Source: an uncultured Caldisericales bacterium (GTDB lineage Bacteria; Caldisericota; Caldisericia; JAAYUI01). Taken from it: a stretch of 64,000 nucleotides of DNA. This document shows positions 57,622-64,000 of the stretch, piece after piece (the stretch's first letter is position 1; each line of letters starts with the position of its first letter). Under the pieces are notes generated by a model that was not told where the DNA came from, ran no database searches, and saw nothing but the letters and a program-made list of their open reading frames with translations. The stretch is from contig CAZXEH010000001.1 of assembly GCA_964639885.1 (NCBI GenBank), forward strand, positions 151,205-215,204, given 5' to 3'. The position numbers were made by a program, and so were the translations under genes.

Positions 57622-58287
57622 TTATTTCTGGTACCTGGCTTTTTTGGAGACCTCATCGAGTTTCTGTCTTGGGCCGATTGCGATGACGAGATCAGACTCA
57701 GTGAGTGGCATATTCGGATCAGGAGGCATTATAACCTGAAGGTCCTTTCTGAGTGCCACAACCATGATCCCTTTTTCTTCCCTGAGACAGAGTTCGGAAA
57801 TCTTCTTGCCAACCCATTCGTTGGGCGTTGGGAACTCGGTGATGGCGTACTGGTCTGAAATTTCGATGAAATCAAGGAAGTTTGTGCCTGTGATCCTGTT
57901 GACAAGTCTTATGGCCATGTCCTCTTCAGGTGAAAAGATGTCGTCGGCACCAATTTTTTGAAGTATCTTTGCATGGGCGTGAGATTCAGCCCTTGAGATG
58001 ACGTATGGCACTCCAAGCTCCTTGAGCATGGCGGTCAGAAGGATGTTGTTTTCGATGTTCTTGCCGAACGCAACCACTGCAACTTCACAATCGAGCACCC
58101 CTGTAGTCTTGAGCCCCTCCTCGTCGAAATGCCTCATGACGATGACCTTGTCAATTGAATTTCTTACACGCTCGATCTTATCGCGCTCCATGTCAATGGC
58201 AAGGACGCTGTACCCTTTTTCTGCAAGCTCGACGGCAAGGGTCATTCCAAGCCTGCCAAGCCCGAACACTGCAATCTGAAGTGGCAT
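57622..58287 (-). CDS. trkA: TrkA-family K+ transport regulatory protein (RCK N and C domains)
   Basis: Rossmann IAVFGLGRLG. TrkA-C like C-terminus. Confidence 0.8.
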   Translation of the reverse strand: MPLQIAVFGLGRLGMTLAVELAEKGYSVLAIDMERDKIERVRNSIDKVIVMRHFDEEGLKTTGVLDCEVAVVAFGKNIENNILLTAMLKELGVPYVISRAESHAHAKILQKIGADDIFSPEEDMAIRLVNRITGTNFLDFIEISDQYAITEFPTPNEWVGKKISELCLREEKGIMVVALRKDLQVIMPPDPNMPLTESDLVIAIGPRQKLDEVSKKARYQK

Positions 58288-58371
58288 CGGTTCAACACCT
58301 CCACAACAACTATAACTGGTTTCCTTGACTGCCAGTTATTGATTGGTAAAATTCCGCTTCGGAGGTTTGAA

Positions 58372-58533
58372 ATGACGATCAGGATCATAGTCAGAAAACC
58401 GGCAGTTTGCTCTATCGATGACGAAAAATGCAGAGAGTGCCAGACACCATGCAAGTCAGCGGCAAAGACTGCAAACACAACCGGCAACCAGGTCTGCGAA
58501 CTCAAAGGCGAGAACTCACCCTGGATACTGTAA
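58372..58533 (+). CDS. scfA: SCIFF-like cysteine-rich ranthipeptide precursor (53 aa)
   Basis: GGAGG 6 nt before the ATG. Sequence MTIRIIVRKPAVCSIDDEKCRECQTPCKSAAKTANTTGNQVCELKGENSPWIL. It matches the SCIFF core pattern C.ECQT.C.SA.KT...NQ.CE. A radical-SAM/SPASM gene follows immediately. Confidence 0.75.
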   Translation: MTIRIIVRKPAVCSIDDEKCRECQTPCKSAAKTANTTGNQVCELKGENSPWIL

Positions 58534-59852
58534 GCAAAATCCACGTTTTCAAAGTAAACGGAGAGACCCTGTCATTCGATGTTGCGACAGGGTCTCTTCT
58601 TTTTCTGGATGAAGAATCAGCCGATTCGCTCGATAAATTTCGTTCGGATCGTGGACTAACACTTCCCACCGAGATTGCCGACCTTGTAAAGGACGGGGTG
58701 CTTTTCGGGAACGCTAAAATTCCCCCACCACAAAAGCTTTCACCAAAATCGCTGTGCCTAATTGTTTCCCATGCCTGCAACCTGAACTGCTCCTATTGCT
58801 CGCTCGGTTCCGTGACCGGCCAAGGCAAAGTGATGTCCATTAAGACAGCCAGAAAAACGTTGGATTGGCTGATACCGAACGCACCTGGCAAGAAAATAGA
58901 CATCGATTTTTTTGGCGGTGAACCTTTGCTAGCTTGGGAAACAGTGAAGGACGCAGTGCTTTATGGCAACGAACTTGCCAAAACCCACGACAAGAACTTG
59001 AGATGGTCGATGTCAACCAACGCCGTGGGGTTGACTGACGATATACTTGATTTTTGTGACAAATACTACATTTCTTTGGTTCTTAGTCTTGATGGAACAC
59101 GGGAAATCAATGACGCCTACAGGAAAACTCCTGCCAATGAAGGCTCTTTTGATGCCGTTCTCAGCAATATTTTAAAAGTGGTCAAGCGAAGAGAGCGTGG
59201 ATATTACGTCCGTGGAACCTATACCGGCAAAACCATTCATTTTGCCGATCAGGTCATAGCCCTTCACAAGCTTGGCATCGGTTCGCTGGCTTTTGAGCCT
59301 GTCGTGACAACCGATCCTGAACTGGCCATCACTGAAAAACATTTGCCAGTCCTTAGGCAGGAATATGAAAAGCTTGCGAAATATTATGTTGAACAAAAGA
59401 TTTCAGGCAATCCGTTCAGATTCTACCATTTCGAAATGAACCTCGAGCAAGGGCCGTGTGTGAGAAAAAGTGCTGGAGGATGCGGAGCCGGTTGTGAGTA
59501 TCTTGCTGTCGATCCTGACGGGCAGTTTTTTGTGTGCCACCAACTTGATGGGAACAGCGATTTCTGGATGGGTAACCTCAAAACACCACCAGTTCAAAGT
59601 GATTTCGACAGGTGGACAAACAACAACCACCTTTTGACCAAACTAGAATGTCTTGACTGCTGGGCGATGTTCCTCTGTTCCGGCGGGTGTCTTGCAGCAA
59701 ACCAAACAATAAAGGGCGACTTCAAGTCGCTGCATACGATTGGATGCGAGATCCAAAAGATGAGGCTTGAGGCCGCCCTCTGGGTTTATGCCTATTTGAG
59801 GATTTCAGAAGCCAATCCTTCAAGCTCGCTCAATGATTTTTCGAGTTCGTAG
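58428..59852 (+). CDS. scfB: Radical SAM/SPASM peptide maturase (SCIFF-maturase/CteB-like thioether synthase). The true start is uncertain.
   Basis: CNLNCSYC (Cx3Cx2C) and SPASM Cys clusters (GGCGAGCEY...VCHQ; CLDCWAMFLCSGGC). Conserved sequence begins near SKIHVFKVNGE (~58533). The only in-frame ATGs (58428, 58449) lie inside the precursor gene. Confidence 0.8.
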   Translation: MQRVPDTMQVSGKDCKHNRQPGLRTQRRELTLDTVSKIHVFKVNGETLSFDVATGSLLFLDEESADSLDKFRSDRGLTLPTEIADLVKDGVLFGNAKIPPPQKLSPKSLCLIVSHACNLNCSYCSLGSVTGQGKVMSIKTARKTLDWLIPNAPGKKIDIDFFGGEPLLAWETVKDAVLYGNELAKTHDKNLRWSMSTNAVGLTDDILDFCDKYYISLVLSLDGTREINDAYRKTPANEGSFDAVLSNILKVVKRRERGYYVRGTYTGKTIHFADQVIALHKLGIGSLAFEPVVTTDPELAITEKHLPVLRQEYEKLAKYYVEQKISGNPFRFYHFEMNLEQGPCVRKSAGGCGAGCEYLAVDPDGQFFVCHQLDGNSDFWMGNLKTPPVQSDFDRWTNNNHLLTKLECLDCWAMFLCSGGCLAANQTIKGDFKSLHTIGCEIQKMRLEAALWVYAYLRISEANPSSSLNDFSSS

Positions 59853-60178
59853 GTTGTTGCTCCTGTAACTTTTGCTGTTGGACTCCAAAGCTGGTTGCGC
59901 CTTGCAACCCAGTTTTTCTCGAAGTAATTGATAAGCGATTTCGCTCTGCCAATCTTTTCAAGGTCAGCGTTGGGATACTTGTCTGCCATAGCGCCGTTCA
60001 TCTGCTTGATGATGTCCAGATCGCCTTCGATTGCCAGATAGCGCCTGTCAAGCTCGGTGAGTTTTCCGGCTCTGTCGCGTGCTGCTGCCTCGATGGTTTT
60101 CCTGTTTGCAAAAACAACGGCTACACCGACACCGATTCCGATGACAACCGCAACGAGAAGCAAAATGATGATTGTCAC
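59792..60178 (-). CDS. Small N-terminally anchored membrane protein encoded downstream of pspA
   Basis: TM helix MTIIILLLVAVVIGIGVGVAVVF. Its 3' end overlaps the converging rSAM gene by 60 nt. Confidence 0.45.
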   Translation of the reverse strand: MTIIILLLVAVVIGIGVGVAVVFANRKTIEAAARDRAGKLTELDRRYLAIEGDLDIIKQMNGAMADKYPNADLEKIGRAKSLINYFEKNWVARRNQLWSPTAKVTGATTYELEKSLSELEGLASEILK

Positions 60179-60180
60179 GA

Positions 60181-60840
60181 TCAGGCGCCTTTCAGCCTCA
60201 GAAGCCTCTGTTCGATCTCATCCTTTTTTGAGTTCTTTGCTATCTCGTCATCGAGTGAATCAGCGATTGAACCGATTTCTGCAAGAGCCTGAACCTTCTG
60301 CTCCCTCTTGATGACTCTCTGCTCGAGTTCGTCAAAGGTGGTTCCGATGTCCGGGGTTGCAATGCCTGACATTGTTTTTACAACCTTTTCCTGAGCCTTG
60401 GATGCCTTGTCCCTTGCCACAAGCTCGTCGAGTTTCATTGATGCTTCCTCGATCTTTGCCTTGAGGGCATCGAGAACCTGTCTGATCTTGACGTTTGTCT
60501 GTTCCTGTGTTGTGAGCGATTTTTCGGCTGTGGTTTCCTGACCTTCAAGGGTTACGACCCTGGCAAGGCACTTTCTGGCAAGCTCCTCGTTGCCCGAATC
60601 CATTGCGTTCTTTGCGGCTGTGTTGTACTTTGTGAGGTCTGACCTGACTTCGCTGAGTCTGATCTCTGTTGTCTTGGCCGATGCCATCGATTCTGCAAGG
60701 GCATCCGCTGCCTCGGCATACTGCATTCTCATTTCATCGATCTTGAACGGAAGCATCTTTGCCGGGTCTTCCATACCCTTGAGCCAGTCGTTCACGTTGC
60801 TGTTGAGAATGTCACCTATCTTTTTCCAAAATCCTGCCAT
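60181..60840 (-). CDS. pspA: PspA/IM30 (phage-shock protein A / Vipp1) family protein
   Basis: Coiled-coil with the characteristic PspA N-terminus MAGFWKKIGDILNSNVNDWLKGMEDP. Confidence 0.8.
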   Translation of the reverse strand: MAGFWKKIGDILNSNVNDWLKGMEDPAKMLPFKIDEMRMQYAEAADALAESMASAKTTEIRLSEVRSDLTKYNTAAKNAMDSGNEELARKCLARVVTLEGQETTAEKSLTTQEQTNVKIRQVLDALKAKIEEASMKLDELVARDKASKAQEKVVKTMSGIATPDIGTTFDELEQRVIKREQKVQALAEIGSIADSLDDEIAKNSKKDEIEQRLLRLKGA

Positions 60841-60943
60841 TGTCCTAAAACCTCCTTTATGGTTGTCATTATTATTTTACCGGAACTGCGTCATTAGGCA
60901 ATATGCCTTGAAAACAGAAGTGTTTAAGCGCATAATCTGTTTC

Positions 60944-62695
60944 ATGACAGTATTCCAGTATTACGGACGTTTGCTTAGACCCTACGCCGTCCAATATATT
61001 TTTTCGCTTGTCGGACTGATTTCCTCAGTTCTTGACATGCTCATACCAAAAATTGTCATCAGCGGAAGCATCGATGCAGTGTCAAAAAAAGTGCCAAATG
61101 CTGAAGGCGTGATATTGAATCTGCTCCTCATCGGTCTGGGAATAACAGTAGTCAGGGTTGCGATATTCTTCTTCTCAAGACTTAGCATTGTAAGCGTCTC
61201 ACGCCGTGTAGGCATGGATTTGAGAAATCAGATTTATGACAAACTGTTGGTTCTTCCTGACAAATTTTTCAACAACATGGCTTCAGGCGAGGTGATGTAC
61301 AGGTGCTCTTCAGATGCAAACCAGATACAGAACTCGCTTGGTGCAAGTTCGGTTCATCTTCCTAACGCTATATTCAGGACAATTGCCGGCCTGATCCTCA
61401 TCTTCACCACTTCCTGGCAGCTGGCCATCATCATACTGGCGTTTGTGCCGTTGCTTCTGGTCATTGAGTTTGTTTTCGGAAAAAGGGTTCACAAACTCTT
61501 CTTCCTCATCCAGCAGTACTTTGACAAGATCAGCGACCGCATCAATGAAAATCTTTCAGGCTCCAGGGTCGTCAAATCATATGCCCAGGAAAAGCTTGAA
61601 GAGAAGCGTTTCAACGGAATGCTCAACAATTATGTAGACAAGGTGAGACCGCTCAACAAGACATTTGCCATCTGGTGGCCTCTGATGTACATTGTCATCA
61701 ATCTCCCTGTCATCGCAATCATCTGGGTCGGCGGTATCCTTGTAGTCAACGGATCGATCACCATCGGTGACCTCTCGGCTTTCGTTGTCTACATCTTCAT
61801 GCTTGTCTGGCCGATGATTGCGCTGGGCTGGATCATAAACATGTATCAGAGAGCGAACGTTTCAATAAAAAGGATTCTCGAGATCATTAATGCTCCGGTT
61901 GATATCCAGTCACCACCAAACGCCTACAACCCTGATTCAGTCAAAGGCGACATAGAATTTTCGGATGCAACCCTTACCTATGGTCATGAAGATAACAGGC
62001 TCAGCCATATAAACCTCAACATTCCGGCAGGCCAGATTGTTGGCATCGTTGGCCCGGTCGGTTCCGGAAAGAGTTCACTTGCCAAGTTGCTTCTCCGAAT
62101 CTGGGATTGTGACGACGGCTCAGTTCGGATTGATGGGAAAAACGTCAAGGAATGGGATCTCAAGAGACTCAGACATTCTTTTGCCTATGTTCCCCAGGAT
62201 GCATTCCTCTTCTCATCGTCCATTGCCGATAACATTGCATTTGCCAGACCTGAAGCCACACGGGAACAAATCGAGGAAGCGGCAGAACTGGTTCAGATCA
62301 AAAAAGAGATTGAGGAGTTCAACGCAAAGTTTGACACAATCATTGGCGAAAGAGGCGTGACACTTTCAGGTGGACAGAAGCAGAGAGTGGCCATCGCCAG
62401 AGCAATGCTTCAGGAAACGCCAATTATGATTTTGGATGATCCTCTCTCGGCAGTTGACACAAACACTGAAGAAGCAATTTTGACAGCCGTCGAGCCAAAA
62501 CTAAAAAACAGAACCGTAATAATCATGGCTCACAGGGTCAGCGCCCTTCGCCATTGCCAGAGGATAATCGTTTTGGATCACGGAAAGATAATTGAAGACG
62601 GAACACAGGAGGAGCTGATAGCACAAAAGGGCTATTTCGCAAAACTTGTCGAACAGCAGAAGCTGGTGTCCCAGATGGAGGAAGCCAATGCCTGA
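60944..62695 (+). CDS. ABC exporter, fused permease-ATPase (half-transporter 1)
   Basis: Six-TM domain. Walker A GPVGSGKSS. Signature LSGGQKQR. Walker B ILDDPLSAVD. The ORF track starts at 60590. The first plausible ATG is at 60944. Confidence 0.85.
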   Translation: MTVFQYYGRLLRPYAVQYIFSLVGLISSVLDMLIPKIVISGSIDAVSKKVPNAEGVILNLLLIGLGITVVRVAIFFFSRLSIVSVSRRVGMDLRNQIYDKLLVLPDKFFNNMASGEVMYRCSSDANQIQNSLGASSVHLPNAIFRTIAGLILIFTTSWQLAIIILAFVPLLLVIEFVFGKRVHKLFFLIQQYFDKISDRINENLSGSRVVKSYAQEKLEEKRFNGMLNNYVDKVRPLNKTFAIWWPLMYIVINLPVIAIIWVGGILVVNGSITIGDLSAFVVYIFMLVWPMIALGWIINMYQRANVSIKRILEIINAPVDIQSPPNAYNPDSVKGDIEFSDATLTYGHEDNRLSHINLNIPAGQIVGIVGPVGSGKSSLAKLLLRIWDCDDGSVRIDGKNVKEWDLKRLRHSFAYVPQDAFLFSSSIADNIAFARPEATREQIEEAAELVQIKKEIEEFNAKFDTIIGERGVTLSGGQKQRVAIARAMLQETPIMILDDPLSAVDTNTEEAILTAVEPKLKNRTVIIMAHRVSALRHCQRIIVLDHGKIIEDGTQEELIAQKGYFAKLVEQQKLVSQMEEANA

Positions 62696-64000
62696 GTACG
62701 TGCATGAAGAAGAGATAATCGGCAAACCCTTCGACTGGAACCTGACAATGAGGATGATGAGATTCCTCCTCCCATACAAGCCAATGGTGATCCTTTCGTT
62801 CACCATGCTGCTGCTTTGGACGGTATCATCAATGTTCCTTCCGGTGTTGATGAAGATAGCCATCGATGATATGGTGAAAAACGGCAACCTCATCGGTCTC
62901 ATGTGGGTTTGCCTCATCTATATAGGTCTGCTCCTGTTCAAGGTTGTCGCCCAGTATTTCCAGGTTCTGACCATGAGCAACACCGGCCAGCTGATGATGC
63001 GTGATATGAGAAACGCAATATTCACAAAACTTCAGGATCTCCAGCTCACTTACTACGACAAAAATCCTGTAGGTCGCATATTTACCCGTATAACGTCCGA
63101 CGTAGACTCGGTTTTTGAGTTCATCACCGACAGCGTTATCACGGTTATTGCAGATGCTATTATCATTGCCGGCACAATCGTGTTCATATTCTTTCTCGAC
63201 TGGCGTTTGTCGCTTGTGACTGTTGCCCTTTTCCCTGTAATGATTGCCCAGGGCTGGATTTTCCAGTATCTTGCAACCAAATTCTACAGAAATGCAAGAA
63301 TCAAGCAGGCAAAGGTGAACGCATTCCTCAACGAAAACATCATGGGTATGAGAACAATCCAGTGGAGCAACCGCCAGGAAGTAAACAAGGGCATGTTCCG
63401 TGGAATAAACATGGAGATGTTCAAGGCCCAGATCAAGTCGATGGTCAATTTCACGGTGTTCATGAACGGAATTGATTTCACACAGACTGTAGCCCTCATC
63501 CTCCTTGTTTATGTCGGAGCAAAACTCATCCTGACAGGAACTGTTCTTGTCGGTACTGTCATGGCTTTTGGTACATATCTCCAGAATTTCTATGGCTCGT
63601 TGCACGACATTTCAGAACACTACAACACTTTTCAGACTGCAATGGTTGGAGCAGAAAGAATAACTGAACTCCTCGACCATCCGGTGACAATCACGGACAA
63701 ACCTGGTGCAAGAGAAATAACAGAAAAGCTCAAAGGCAGAGTCGAATTCAAGGATGTTACATTCAGCTACGACGGTAAAAATGACGTTTTGAAAAACATC
63801 AGTTTCACCGTTGAGCCAGGACAGACCGTTGCAATTGTTGGCCCGACGGGTGCCGGTAAAACCTCGATCATCAGCCTTATCTCAAGGCTTTACGACATCC
63901 AAAAAGGCGACATAACAATCGACGGCATCTCCATCTTTGACATGAAGCTCGAATCGCTGCGCAAGCAGATCGCTGTCGTTTTGCAGGATCCTTTCATTTT
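62688..64000 (+). CDS. ABC exporter, fused permease-ATPase (half-transporter 2; 3' truncated by the window end)
   Basis: The ATG overlaps the upstream stop (ATGCCTGA). TM domain. Walker A GPTGAGKTS near the window end. Confidence 0.8.
   Translation, partial: MPEYVHEEEIIGKPFDWNLTMRMMRFLLPYKPMVILSFTMLLLWTVSSMFLPVLMKIAIDDMVKNGNLIGLMWVCLIYIGLLLFKVVAQYFQVLTMSNTGQLMMRDMRNAIFTKLQDLQLTYYDKNPVGRIFTRITSDVDSVFEFITDSVITVIADAIIIAGTIVFIFFLDWRLSLVTVALFPVMIAQGWIFQYLATKFYRNARIKQAKVNAFLNENIMGMRTIQWSNRQEVNKGMFRGINMEMFKAQIKSMVNFTVFMNGIDFTQTVALILLVYVGAKLILTGTVLVGTVMAFGTYLQNFYGSLHDISEHYNTFQTAMVGAERITELLDHPVTITDKPGAREITEKLKGRVEFKDVTFSYDGKNDVLKNISFTVEPGQTVAIVGPTGAGKTSIISLISRLYDIQKGDITIDGISIFDMKLESLRKQIAVVLQDPFI

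Noticed and set aside
62829-63605. 258-aa minus-strand ORF inside the second ABC transporter gene
   Set aside because: The plus-strand frame encodes a canonical ABC TM domain. The antisense ORF is a frame artefact.

Overview
This 64 kb window is a bacterial chromosomal segment with roughly 48-50% GC. Many genes have clear GGAGG ribosome-binding sites. It starts with three tandem paralogous membrane proteins and an orphan sensor kinase, followed by a conserved housekeeping run (rpsB-tsf-pyrH-frr-uppS-cdsA-dxr-rseP-ispG-hflX). Next come a large secreted S8 subtilisin and a minus-strand operon joining B12 and methylmalonyl-CoA accessory genes (cobO-meaB-B12-binding subunit) to ATP-dependent PEP carboxykinase. 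A tRNA(CAT) is followed by an AT-rich stretch, an XRE-family helix-turn-helix gene, and a converging operon encoding a methyltransferase, an 831-aa secreted protein and a giant 1648-aa cytoplasmic GAF/multi-PAS hybrid histidine kinase. After that lie dnaB and an ECF sigma/anti-sigma envelope cluster. The centre of the window is a large minus-strand cluster of redox genes. Its order is hdrC-hdrB-NAD(P)H flavoprotein-polyferredoxin-(MvhD fused to a winged-helix domain)-doubled HdrA-mvhD-mvhG-mvhA-hydrogenase protease. This looks like a combined Flx/Hdr/Mvh electron-bifurcating complex. The 3' third of the window holds a kor (2-oxoacid:ferredoxin oxidoreductase) operon that continues through a peptidase, a hypothetical protein, a CPBP/Abi protease and an atypical HD-domain protein. 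It also holds two PQQ-like beta-propeller lipoproteins, trkA, a SCIFF-like cysteine-rich ranthipeptide precursor with its radical-SAM/SPASM maturase, pspA and a heterodimeric ABC exporter. Three sigma70-like promoters sit so that their -10 hexamer is 6-7 nt from the ATG, which implies leaderless mRNAs. Several palindromic operator candidates share a GTCAAG half-site. No CRISPR array, IS element or rRNA was seen.
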